Assembly (NCBI GenBank): GCA_015062345.1
Contig: SUUV01000003.1
Span: forward strand, 15,572 to 79,571
Origin: Alphaproteobacteria bacterium
GTDB lineage: Bacteria > Pseudomonadota > Alphaproteobacteria > RF32 > CAG-239
Length of the DNA: 64,000 nt
Reading direction: 5' to 3'
Shown one piece after another: positions 19,198 to 28,692 of this stretch (position 1 is the stretch's first letter; every line of letters begins with the position of its first letter). A model generated the notes under the pieces. It was not told the origin of the DNA and made no database searches. It saw nothing but the letters and a program-made list of their open reading frames with translations. A program made the translations under genes and the position numbers.

Positions 19198-20205
19198 ATG
19201 AACATATTAATTACCGGAGGAGCCGGATTTATCGGTTCCGAGCTGGGAAAATTTTTAGTTGCGCAAGGCCACAATGTTAAAATTTTGGACAACTTGGAAT
19301 ATGGCTATAAAGACAATTTTGAAGATAACCAAACCTTAAAGAATAACTTCATATTTGCCGATATCAGAGATACCGATTTTGCAAAACACTTAAAAAACAT
19401 TGACATATTGTATCACTTTGCCGGTATATCGGCTTTGCCAGAGTGCGAATCAGAGCCTTACAAGGCCTTTGATGTTAATACCTCAGGTGTGGCAAATGTG
19501 TTAAATGCGTGCAGAAATTCTGATGTGAAAAAAATTATTTTTGCTTCAACATCTGCCGTGTATGAAAACAATTGTGCAACGGAACATCACAAAGAAACCG
19601 ACATTGTGTGTCCTAACCTTATTTATGCCACCTCAAAATATTGCGCCGAGCAAATTTGCAAATCGTATGCTCAAAATTATGATATGGACATCATCATTTG
19701 CCGATTTTTTAATGTATTCGGCCCACATCAAGACTTTAGGCGCAAATATCCGCCGTTTACAAGCTATATTATCAAAATGGCTTTAAGCAATGAAACACCT
19801 ACAATTTTTAATTGTGAAGATTGTAAACGAGATTATATCTACATTGATGATTTGTTGCAATATCTGTATCAAATGGCAACAAGCTCAAAAAAATATTCTG
19901 CCGAAATATTTAATTTGGCTACTTCAAATGCGTACAGCGCCATTGAAATTGCGCAAACGGTGTATGATATATTAAACAAAGAATTTGCCTTTAATGTTGG
20001 CGATGCCGAAAAGTTTTGGGATAAATATGACAATTTGTTTAACCAAAAATATAATTTAAGCCGGTTGAGGGTAAAACAAGAGGTTTTTAAGCATTGCTTG
20101 GGAAACGGGCAAAAAGTAGCAAAAGAATTTAATTATAGTCCTAAAACTAACTTAAAAGAAGGTTTGCGCAAAATTATTGAATATCAAAAAAATTATAAAG
20201 GGTAA
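19198..20205 (+). CDS. NAD-dependent sugar epimerase/dehydratase.
   Basis: ILITGGAGFIGSEL Rossmann motif and YxxxK. Confidence 0.8.
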   Translation: MNILITGGAGFIGSELGKFLVAQGHNVKILDNLEYGYKDNFEDNQTLKNNFIFADIRDTDFAKHLKNIDILYHFAGISALPECESEPYKAFDVNTSGVANVLNACRNSDVKKIIFASTSAVYENNCATEHHKETDIVCPNLIYATSKYCAEQICKSYAQNYDMDIIICRFFNVFGPHQDFRRKYPPFTSYIIKMALSNETPTIFNCEDCKRDYIYIDDLLQYLYQMATSSKKYSAEIFNLATSNAYSAIEIAQTVYDILNKEFAFNVGDAEKFWDKYDNLFNQKYNLSRLRVKQEVFKHCLGNGQKVAKEFNYSPKTNLKEGLRKIIEYQKNYKG

Positions 20206-20208
20206 GGC

Positions 20209-21304
20209 TATGTCAAAAATCAGTTCAAAAGATGTATCAGTTGTTGTTCAGGGTAAAAATGTGCATAAACATACAGCCAAATGCTTAAAAAGTTTGCGAG
20301 AACATTTTCCTTATGCCGAAATTATATTTTCAACTTATGATGATGAAGATGTGTTTGGCCTTGATTTTGATATCTTGGTACAATCTGCTGACCCGAATGC
20401 AACTTTATTAAGCGGTAAAATGTACAACAACATTAATCGCATATTGACCACTACCAGAGCCGGACTTGAAAAAGTCAGCCGAAAATATTGTTTGAAGATT
20501 CGCTCAGATTTGATGTTTGATAACGATAAAATTTTATCCGATATCGCTTCACAATTTCCGTTAAGAGATAAACAATACAGCATATTTAAGGAGCGAGTTT
20601 TATTTTATTGTTTATGGAGCCGAAAATTTGAATATATCGACCATAAATATTACATACAGACACCGTTTCACTTAAGCGATTGGCTTTGTTTCGGTTTAAG
20701 CGAAGATATAAAAAACTTTTTTAGCGATATTCCCTTAACCGATGAGCCTGAATATTCACACTATTTTAAAAACTCCGAAAACAGAGCACAATATATGTTT
20801 GAGCCTAATGTAACTTGGAAATTCCCGCCGGAACAATATTTTACAACCACCTTTTTCGGCCGTTTTTTTGAGCAAGCCAATATGAAATCGTTGCAAGATG
20901 TAACAGCAAAAAAAGTTGAGCTTTCAAGGAGAATTTTTGCTTCAAATGTGGTGGTTTGCGGATATAAAGAATGTGGAGCATATATTCAAAAAGATGATTA
21001 CAAATATGTATCAAAAAACATAAATTGGCTCAAAGGTGTTTGGCTTAGCGGTGTTTATCGTTATGCCGATTTTCTGTCCGATTATAAAAAATATTGCGAT
21101 GAAAATTTTGAAATTCCAAATATTTATTTATGGGCATTAAACCAGCAAATTGATAGTGATGCCGTTAAACTGAGTAAACATTATAAAACTTTTATGCAAC
21201 CGATAAGAGTGGTTCTAAAATGGTTAGAACAGTTTTTTGCTATTGTTTTTTATGCCGTAAAAATAGGTTTTGCTACAATAAAACTATATTTTGGCGGTAA
21301 ATAG
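20209..21304 (+). CDS. Hypothetical protein, WavE-like LPS biosynthesis family (tentative).
   Basis: ORF of 365 aa. Weak recollection of the WavE family only. Confidence 0.4.
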
Positions 21305-21312
21305 TGTTACAA

Positions 21313-21346
21313 AAAGAGCTTTCACAATAGTGGAAGCTCTTTTATA
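21313..21346. terminator. Bidirectional terminator.
   Basis: agagctt-N12-aagctct between convergent genes. Confidence 0.5.
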
Positions 21347-21362
21347 TAAATGTATATATTTA

Positions 21363-21860
21363 TTATTCACTTACCATGGTAAATGTAAAGGCACCTTTAT
21401 AAACACCGGTTATTAATTCAGAAGAACCGGATATATGAAGTTTGCCGGTAAGGACATTATCAAAAGCACCGCCTAATGCAATATCCGTTAAATATATACC
21501 ATAACCAGTATTATCTGTATGAGCCAGGTCAACAGAATCTGGTGCATACAATGTATAATTTTCAATATTCATATCGGCTCCGATTGAACATTCTGCAGAA
21601 GTATTTCCTATAGCAGATACAAAATATTCTGTTCCTTCAACAGCGGTAATGTTACCGAAACCGTCATCTTGTACGGTTACATCATGTGAGATGTCTGTTA
21701 GATAAATTTTACCCCAATTCCACACAGAACATGATGCTTTGGTTGCCAAAGCAAGCTCTGCCTGAACCTCAACATTGAAACCTTCTGTATAACCTGTTCC
21801 GGCATTCACATTTGTTGCAACCATCAAAGCCACCGCTGATATTAGAAAATATTTTCTCAT
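21363..21860 (-). CDS. MRKYF family paralog 3 (two-Cys subfamily).
   Basis: MRKYFLISAVALMVATNVNA...CSVWNWG...GVYKGAFTFTMVSE. Confidence 0.8.
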   Translation of the reverse strand: MRKYFLISAVALMVATNVNAGTGYTEGFNVEVQAELALATKASCSVWNWGKIYLTDISHDVTVQDDGFGNITAVEGTEYFVSAIGNTSAECSIGADMNIENYTLYAPDSVDLAHTDNTGYGIYLTDIALGGAFDNVLTGKLHISGSSELITGVYKGAFTFTMVSE

Positions 21861-22003
21861 TTTTAAAATTCCTTTACAAAAATTAAGTTTAAGTACATTT
21901 GAAAGGTCAAAAAATCACCTTTCACATCGCATCATAAACCGTTTTTTTTTTTTGCAAGTAAAAAGAGTCGTTTAAAAGATTTAAATCAAAAATGAGGTGT
22001 TTT
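21861..22003 (-). promoter_or_regulatory. Promoter-leader module B3 (T12 on the plus strand).
   Basis: Reverse complement matches the B consensus. Confidence 0.7.
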
Positions 22004-22228
22004 TATGCTTGCAAAATTTTAGAAAATATTTAATATAAACATTGTCGCCAAACGGCGATGGTGTTCCAAAAACATCTTTACAGTAAAACTCCTTGTCAGG
22101 GGGAGTGGGGGATATAAGGCTTTATGCTCGAATAACCCTGACTGGACTGTAACAGTTTTTGGGCTCCCCGCTTTGATTTTTTCTCAAGGCGGTTTTTTGT
22201 TAACTTAAAAAAAACAGGAGCTAAAAAT

Positions 22229-22522
22229 ATGGAAAAAACTAAACCAACCGAAAATTTTGAAAAAGAATATTCACAAAATTTAAGTATCAGAAGAAATTAT
22301 CGCAAAAAATTAATCCAAAGTGTGGCAAGACAAATCTGCCGTATCAGTATTGAAGAAAAAATAAGCTTGGAAAAGCTGGCCGAAATGTCAAATGTGTCCG
22401 AGCTGACACTCAAACGATGGCTTATCGGCAAAGGCGAAATGCATCTGGACAGTTTATGTAAAATCTGTTTGAGGTTTAATAAAAGGCTTATTATCAGTAT
22501 TAAAGATATTCAGGATTTGTAA
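22229..22522 (+). CDS. XRE-family HTH transcriptional regulator.
   Basis: ISLEKLAEMSNVSELTLKRWLIGKG HTH. Confidence 0.6.
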   Translation: MEKTKPTENFEKEYSQNLSIRRNYRKKLIQSVARQICRISIEEKISLEKLAEMSNVSELTLKRWLIGKGEMHLDSLCKICLRFNKRLIISIKDIQDL

Positions 22523-22618
22523 CCCCTTTTTTTAAGAGTATAACGAGCAAAATCAAAAGCTTTCAGATTAATAATAATCGGAAAATATTTATTTTTTATC
22601 CTCATACTTTGCAACATA

Positions 22619-22751
22619 CCTCCTAACTGTCACTCCGGCACTTGATGCCGGAGTCCAGGTGGTAATATAGCTAAATTATTCCCTGGATACCGGTGTCTAT
22701 TCCGAACTAAAGTTCGGGCACCGGTATGAAGGTGATGAGAGAGACACTTCT
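22619..22751. repeat. Structured element A, copy 2.
   Basis: Carries compensatory changes in stem H3 relative to A1/A3. Confidence 0.7.
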
Positions 22752-22888
22752 ACCTCATTTTTGATTTAAATTCACATTTAGACTCTTTTTACTTGCAAAA
22801 AAAAAAAACGGTTTATGATGCGATGTGAAAGGTAAATTTTTGCCTTTCAAGTACATTTAAACTTGAATTTTTGTAAAGGATACAAATT
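22752..22888 (+). promoter_or_regulatory. Promoter-leader module B4 (A12).
   Basis: Consensus module. Confidence 0.7.
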
Positions 22889-23377
22889 ATGAGAAAATAT
22901 TTTCTTTTAAGCGCAGTTGCACTTTTAGCAAACATAACTGCCACATCAGTAAGTGCCGGAACCAATACATCAGCTAATGTAAATGTTGTAGCTTCAATTA
23001 ATCATGTGAATGAAATTAATTGTTCTGTATGGAATTTTGGCAATATATTTGTTAAATCTAATCAAGAAGATGGAAGTACCATTTTTTCAGTTATAGCAGA
23101 TTATGAACTTAATGCATCTTCCGTTGATGCTATTGTAAGCTCTTATGGATACGAACCTGCAAGATGTAATTTTGGAAATTTTAATCAAGAAAATTATACT
23201 TTTTACTTTCCTGAAAAAGTTACACTTACAAGTACAGATGGTGGAGAAATATATTTAACCGATTTGAGTTTTGACTCATTTGACATTATTGCAGGAACAT
23301 TGTCTTATGATTCTACGAATGCTTCATATGACGGAAATTATACTGGCTCATTTATTTTTACTTTGCTATCTGAATAA
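22889..23377 (+). CDS. MRKYF family paralog 4 (two-Cys subfamily).
   Basis: MRKYFLLSAVALLANITA...CSVWNFG...GNYTGSFIFTLLSE. Confidence 0.8.
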   Translation: MRKYFLLSAVALLANITATSVSAGTNTSANVNVVASINHVNEINCSVWNFGNIFVKSNQEDGSTIFSVIADYELNASSVDAIVSSYGYEPARCNFGNFNQENYTFYFPEKVTLTSTDGGEIYLTDLSFDSFDIIAGTLSYDSTNASYDGNYTGSFIFTLLSE

Positions 23378-23527
23378 AAATAAAACTAAAAGTGAGATGT
23401 ATTTTTAAATCCTAGACATACAAAATCAATAGCATCAAATTTTTAATAATAAACTAGCTATGTTTTACTATCTTGTAAAGTAGATTATTTTACTCAACAA
23501 GTTCGTCGTAGCTAGTGAATTATTTTT

Positions 23528-24193
23528 TTAATTTAGCAATTCCAAAGTGTTTGTTTGCAAAGTTTTTATGCGTTCATAATCGGATTTAGCATTATTTTGT
23601 TCATAAATCGACAAGAGGATTTCGCAAATATTTAGGGTGTTTTTACATTTTTGCAAAAATGAAACATTTTCATATGTGATATAATTTAGCGCAGTTTCCA
23701 GATATTGAGCTTTAAGCTTGGCATCATCTGTGCTATTGCTCAGTTCGACAAAGGCTTGTCTTTTCATTTCATCATCTTCATTAAGCGCAATTTGTTCTAA
23801 GGTTTTGCGCCACATTTTTTCGTCTTGGAGCTCTAAATATATATGCGCCATTTTTTCCAAAATCGGCTTTCTATCAGAATCCGTGCTTAAAAACTCCATT
23901 GCATTTTTATAATATTGTAATGCATAAACATAATTTTCGTCTTTAAGTTCCGTCGTGTTTTTAAGTGTAAAAATATCTCCGATATTGTTATAAGTCCAAA
24001 ACAAAACCTGATTGCGTTTTTTTGTATCTTCCTCAACACAAATCTTTGACTTTGCGCAATAGTCTATCACTTCGTTAAATGCCAAAAGTTTTTCGTCATC
24101 ATCTTTTAAATATTTGGCTTTTTCGAATGCCGCACGATATATTTTTAACAAATCTTGTGCGTTTTCATATGGTTTGCGTTGAGTTTTAAGCAT
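23528..24193 (-). CDS. Hypothetical protein (helical, TPR-like).
   Basis: ORF of 221 aa. Confidence 0.5.
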   Translation of the reverse strand: MLKTQRKPYENAQDLLKIYRAAFEKAKYLKDDDEKLLAFNEVIDYCAKSKICVEEDTKKRNQVLFWTYNNIGDIFTLKNTTELKDENYVYALQYYKNAMEFLSTDSDRKPILEKMAHIYLELQDEKMWRKTLEQIALNEDDEMKRQAFVELSNSTDDAKLKAQYLETALNYITYENVSFLQKCKNTLNICEILLSIYEQNNAKSDYERIKTLQTNTLELLN

Positions 24194-24194
24194 T

Positions 24195-24470
24195 TTATAT
24201 GCCTCCGGTTTTTAAACAATATTCTCTATGCTTTAGACCATATTTTTTAAACACTTCACAATTTTGACAGATACAACCTCTGTCAAAATGTATGCAATTA
24301 CTTTTTTCAAAAGCGCAAAACATTTTTTCATAGTGAGTTTTATTTTGTAAATCTTTAGTTGAAATGTTTTTATTTTCGTCCTGATTTTTTAATTTACAAA
24401 TTTTTTCATATGACGGACACATCATACAAAGGCAGTTGCACATATTTTCTTTTGTTTTTTCAACCTGCAT
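24195..24470 (-). CDS. Hypothetical small cysteine-rich protein.
   Basis: 91 aa with multiple CxxC-type motifs. Confidence 0.45.
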   Translation of the reverse strand: MQVEKTKENMCNCLCMMCPSYEKICKLKNQDENKNISTKDLQNKTHYEKMFCAFEKSNCIHFDRGCICQNCEVFKKYGLKHREYCLKTGGI

Positions 24471-24548
24471 ATTTTTTCTCCTTGTTTATGAGATAAAAAT
24501 ATGTATTGCACATAGAAAAAACAAGCTTATCCGCCATAAGCAAAAAGT

Positions 24549-24833
24549 TTAGATTCTATCGAACACACCATCTGTAATTAATGGCAAAAAATGATTAGTA
24601 ACCGCAGGCAAAAATTTGACCTCATCAACACGAGAACACAACGGCCCTTTATGGCATTTTTGTATCATTTCTTCGACATTTTCTTTGCGTCCTCGCATCA
24701 AAATCTCGACACTGCGGTCGTCACAATTTCTGACCCAACCGGAAATATTGCCGATTTTTAAGGCTTCTTTTTGAGCCCATCTTCTAAAGCCCACTCCTTG
24801 CACTCGGCCGCTTATTTTTAGATAAACCTCTAT
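24549..24833 (-). CDS. acyP: Acylphosphatase.
   Basis: VSGRVQGVGFRRW motif. Start at MIEVYLK. Confidence 0.8.
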   Translation of the reverse strand: MEVYLKISGRVQGVGFRRWAQKEALKIGNISGWVRNCDDRSVEILMRGRKENVEEMIQKCHKGPLCSRVDEVKFLPAVTNHFLPLITDGVFDRI

Positions 24834-25333
24834 CATGTGCGCAAATATTGTTCGGTACAAATAAGCAAATCTTTAATGTTGTTTCGTCTGGTTTCGGCTA
24901 TCGGTTCAGAGCCCCAAATGCGTGCCTGATACAGTTCTTCGAGTTCCGAAAGTTCAAAAGCCTCCAACGCACTGATTTTGCCTTTGATTAATGCTAATGC
25001 CAACAAAACCGAACGCATATTCAAAGCCGCCACATAAAAACAACTCAGCTCTTTATCCGTCATCTTATTTAAATATTCTTTGAACTTTAACGACATATCT
25101 TCATTTTCTTTTAGCACTTCAAGGCCGGTTGTTTTTTTAAAACTTCCCTTAACGGTTTTATTTGCCCAAGCAATAATCGGTGTCCATTTTTTTTCTTGTT
25201 CATTGTGAACTTTTTTATCTGTGCTCCAAAATAATAACACATCATTAACGGCAAATCCGACAAGCCTTTCAATTAGGGCTTCTCTGTTTTTATGAACATC
25301 TTTTTCAATTGTTTTTAAGTCCGTTGATTTCAT
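24833..25333 (-). CDS. Hypothetical protein.
   Basis: ORF of 166 aa. Confidence 0.5.
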   Translation of the reverse strand: MKSTDLKTIEKDVHKNREALIERLVGFAVNDVLLFWSTDKKVHNEQEKKWTPIIAWANKTVKGSFKKTTGLEVLKENEDMSLKFKEYLNKMTDKELSCFYVAALNMRSVLLALALIKGKISALEAFELSELEELYQARIWGSEPIAETRRNNIKDLLICTEQYLRT

Positions 25334-25335
25334 AT

Positions 25336-27435
25336 TTATTTTTTACCTCTTAACAAATTTAACACACCTTTGGCTGCATCATTAACCAGATTTATGCCAC
25401 CCGTTACCACATCGCTTGCGCCCTGATACACACTTTGTCCGGCAGCTTTTACACCGCTTGGAGCCTCAAACATATTTTCATAAGTTGTGCCTTTTAAGGC
25501 GGTATAACACGGATAATCATCTACATCTAAGAGCATTTGCGAGCCCAAAAATGCCGGTCCGGTGGCAGCAATTCCGACCACATTTTTAATGACCGACGAA
25601 TTATCTATTGCCAAACGAGGTTTTTCAACCGTTCCCGACACTTTCAGCATTGAAGAAATTGCTTGTGCCACATTGGTATCGGCCAACTTGCCGTTAAACG
25701 GCTTAATTGAAAAATCTATCTTATCATTTTTCAAATTTATAACACCATCGCTGACAACCGTTATCCGATTGCTCTTAAAAGCAATGCCTTTAGGGAAAAC
25801 AGCTTTACCGTTTGCTATGTCTGTTCTTAAAACCGCACAAGAGACATCTAAACTTTTATCCAACTTTTGAAGCTGTAAAGCACCCAAAATTTGCGAAACA
25901 AAATTACCGCTTAAATATTTGAAATCACCGGTCTGAATTTTTGATTCGCCGACAACCGTAATCAGCTGTCCGTTTAAGTTTTCAACCGCTTTTCGCACCG
26001 TGTTTCCGGTTGTGTTCAAATTGATTGACAAGTCGGTCTTTCCGCCACTTAAAATACCGAAATAATTTTTACCGTTTACCGCCAAACCTTTAATCAAATT
26101 TTGCAATATGATACCGTTTCCTTTAAGATTAATCTTAAAATTGTTGCTTGTATTGGCACTTACGGTTCCGGTAACATTTCCTCCGCCGGCATTTAGGCTT
26201 TTTATATTGACATTTGCATTTGCGCCGTTTATGACAACATCTGTTTTAATGTTATCAAAGCTGATATCCTGATTTAGCACCAACTTTTTTACATCAAGTG
26301 TCAAATTTGCATTTAACAAATTTAAAAAGCTTAAATCTATCGGGGTATCGGGTACAAAATTTGCCGCATATACCGTTGAAACAAAGTTAAAAGAACTTTG
26401 GGCAGTTTTTGTTTGGCTAAATTTTTGCAAATCTATCAACTCACTGTTTAAATTTGCTTTTATAACCGGTTTTGAAGCACCGATATCGGCATTGATTGTA
26501 CCCTTAATTTCATTTGTTGCCACATCTAACGAAGCCACATTTAAAGCCACATTTTTTAAGTTTCCTTTAGCGGTTGTATTAAGTTTAACCGCAGGTGCAC
26601 CAAAATTGCCGTTCGGATTTTGGGCCTTAATTTTTAAATCATATTTTACATCAGATAACAAATCTGACAGTACACCCTCAATTTCAGCTGTTGCTCCAAA
26701 GGCCTTGACATTGGCTTTAAGCGGATAGTTTTTAGCATTTTGCAAAACCGAATTTATTGAGCCGGCAACAATATTTGCCTTAATTTGCTCATTGTTGTAA
26801 ACAACATCAATATCAGCCGTAATATCCGAATCGACATTTTCTGATTTTAAGCTGATATTTTTAATTTTTAATTCGTGTTTGGTGTTGGTTTTTAAATCTT
26901 GATATACAACTTCCCCTTTATCGATTTTTAAGCTTTTTGCCAATACCGAAACTATCGCGGCGCCTTGAGCGGTATCTTTTGCCAAACTTTGCACCTGATT
27001 GTCAGGTTCTGTTTGAGGTTGTTTGGTATTTTCTTTTTTAGAAAAATCCCAGTTGGCAACACCTTTTTCGTTTAGTTCAAGATAAACTTTCGGCTCAATT
27101 AAATGCACCTTATCAATTACAATTTCTTTTTTCAAAAGCGGTAAAACAGAAAATGCAACATCTATGGCTTTTGCACTTATCATATTCGGCTCTTTTGCCC
27201 AAGAAGCATTTGAAAATGTGACATCATTGAGCTCTATGGTCGGAATTAAAGAAATTTTCAAGCCGGCATTTCCGTTCAGAGACAATTTTCGACCTGTCTG
27301 TTCATACACAATTTGTGCAATTTGCGTTTTATATCGGTTTAAATCAAATGTTTTAACAAATACAAAAGCACCGATTGCGCCAACAACCACAATCAGCAAT
27401 ACAGCCCATAAAACAAACTTGAAAATTTTTTTCAT
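25336..27435 (-). CDS. AsmA-family protein.
   Basis: N-terminal TM, then a long beta-rich repetitive region typical of AsmA. Confidence 0.7.
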   Translation of the reverse strand: MKKIFKFVLWAVLLIVVVGAIGAFVFVKTFDLNRYKTQIAQIVYEQTGRKLSLNGNAGLKISLIPTIELNDVTFSNASWAKEPNMISAKAIDVAFSVLPLLKKEIVIDKVHLIEPKVYLELNEKGVANWDFSKKENTKQPQTEPDNQVQSLAKDTAQGAAIVSVLAKSLKIDKGEVVYQDLKTNTKHELKIKNISLKSENVDSDITADIDVVYNNEQIKANIVAGSINSVLQNAKNYPLKANVKAFGATAEIEGVLSDLLSDVKYDLKIKAQNPNGNFGAPAVKLNTTAKGNLKNVALNVASLDVATNEIKGTINADIGASKPVIKANLNSELIDLQKFSQTKTAQSSFNFVSTVYAANFVPDTPIDLSFLNLLNANLTLDVKKLVLNQDISFDNIKTDVVINGANANVNIKSLNAGGGNVTGTVSANTSNNFKINLKGNGIILQNLIKGLAVNGKNYFGILSGGKTDLSINLNTTGNTVRKAVENLNGQLITVVGESKIQTGDFKYLSGNFVSQILGALQLQKLDKSLDVSCAVLRTDIANGKAVFPKGIAFKSNRITVVSDGVINLKNDKIDFSIKPFNGKLADTNVAQAISSMLKVSGTVEKPRLAIDNSSVIKNVVGIAATGPAFLGSQMLLDVDDYPCYTALKGTTYENMFEAPSGVKAAGQSVYQGASDVVTGGINLVNDAAKGVLNLLRGKK

Positions 27436-27439
27436 TTTT

Positions 27440-28372
27440 TTATTTCTCCCTTAATTGTAAACCCAAAAACGACATATCCTTAACAAAATAATCCGGCAAC
27501 GGAGCTTTTACAACAAGCCTTTTGCTATAAATTGCCGATAAATCTATTTTGTATGCGTGTAAATGAAGTTTTGTACTTAAATTTACGGGTTTTATTCTCT
27601 CTGCACCATAATATTTATTATCACCGACTATGGGCGTGCCTAAATATTCCATATGCGCTCTGATTTGATGCGTTCTGCCCGTTAAAGGCTCAGCTTTTAT
27701 AAGGCAAAATTTTTCACCAACATTGTCAAGCACCTCATAAACCGTCACTGCTTTTTTGCCATCTTCAACCACTTCCATTTTTTCACCGATTTTTTCAAGC
27801 GGTGCCTTAATTTCGCCATTTTGCATTTTCGGATTGTTAAAAGCAAGCACCAAATAGCTCTTTTTTAGCTGATGCTCTCGAAAGGCTTTAGTTAATATTT
27901 CGGCATATTTGCGGTTTCGTGCCAACACCAAAACTCCGCTTGTGTCTTTATCAATTCGATGCACAAGTTTGGGTTTTTCATCATATTCGAACTTTAGAGC
28001 TTCAAGCATACCGTCAATATGCCTTTCGGTATTTGTTCCGCCTTGTACGGCAAGTCCCGACGGCTTGTTTAATACAATGATGTTATCATCTTTAAATATG
28101 ACTTTTGATTTTATAAATTCGGCATCAGATTTGGAAACAAACCCCACATTATTTTGTGCTTTTTCATTATCAAGCGGAGGCACTCTGATTTCTTGTCCCA
28201 TGGCAAGTTTTAAATTGCTTTCGGCCTTTTTACCGTCAACCTTAATTTGTTTGGTGCGCAACAGTTTTTGCAACCTGCCCATGGTTAAAAGCGGGTAATA
28301 TTTTAAAAACCATCTGTTTAAGCGCATTCCGTCATCGATTTGTTTAACTTTAACGACCTCAACTCCGGCCAT
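27440..28372 (-). CDS. 23S rRNA pseudouridine synthase, RluC/RluD type.
   Basis: S4 domain plus HRIDKDTSGVLVLARN catalytic motif. Confidence 0.85.
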   Translation of the reverse strand: MAGVEVVKVKQIDDGMRLNRWFLKYYPLLTMGRLQKLLRTKQIKVDGKKAESNLKLAMGQEIRVPPLDNEKAQNNVGFVSKSDAEFIKSKVIFKDDNIIVLNKPSGLAVQGGTNTERHIDGMLEALKFEYDEKPKLVHRIDKDTSGVLVLARNRKYAEILTKAFREHQLKKSYLVLAFNNPKMQNGEIKAPLEKIGEKMEVVEDGKKAVTVYEVLDNVGEKFCLIKAEPLTGRTHQIRAHMEYLGTPIVGDNKYYGAERIKPVNLSTKLHLHAYKIDLSAIYSKRLVVKAPLPDYFVKDMSFLGLQLREK

Positions 28373-28692
28373 TAGCGTCCTCCTTTTTTCTTGTTTATGG
28401 GTTTGCCGATGGTTTTAGGCACATACATCTTTTGCTTTTTTACAGGAAAATAAGTATCCGCACATCTGCATTCGGGCGGCATTTTAAATTCTAATACCAT
28501 ATTTTCGACTTCTTCATCTTTGAATACAAAATCATTTTCTTTGGCTTTTCTTATTCTTTCCTTAAATTTATCATTGGGGACAACCTCAATTTCAAAACCC
28601 TGAACAGATAAAGCATCTTTTAAGGCATCAGATATTTTTTCATAAGTTTTTTCCGAAACTATAATTTTTCTTTTTTGATTATTTTCGCTCAT
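28372..28692 (-). CDS. Hypothetical small basic protein.
   Basis: ORF. Overlaps the rarA end by a few nt. Confidence 0.4.
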   Translation of the reverse strand: MSENNQKRKIIVSEKTYEKISDALKDALSVQGFEIEVVPNDKFKERIRKAKENDFVFKDEEVENMVLEFKMPPECRCADTYFPVKKQKMYVPKTIGKPINKKKGGR

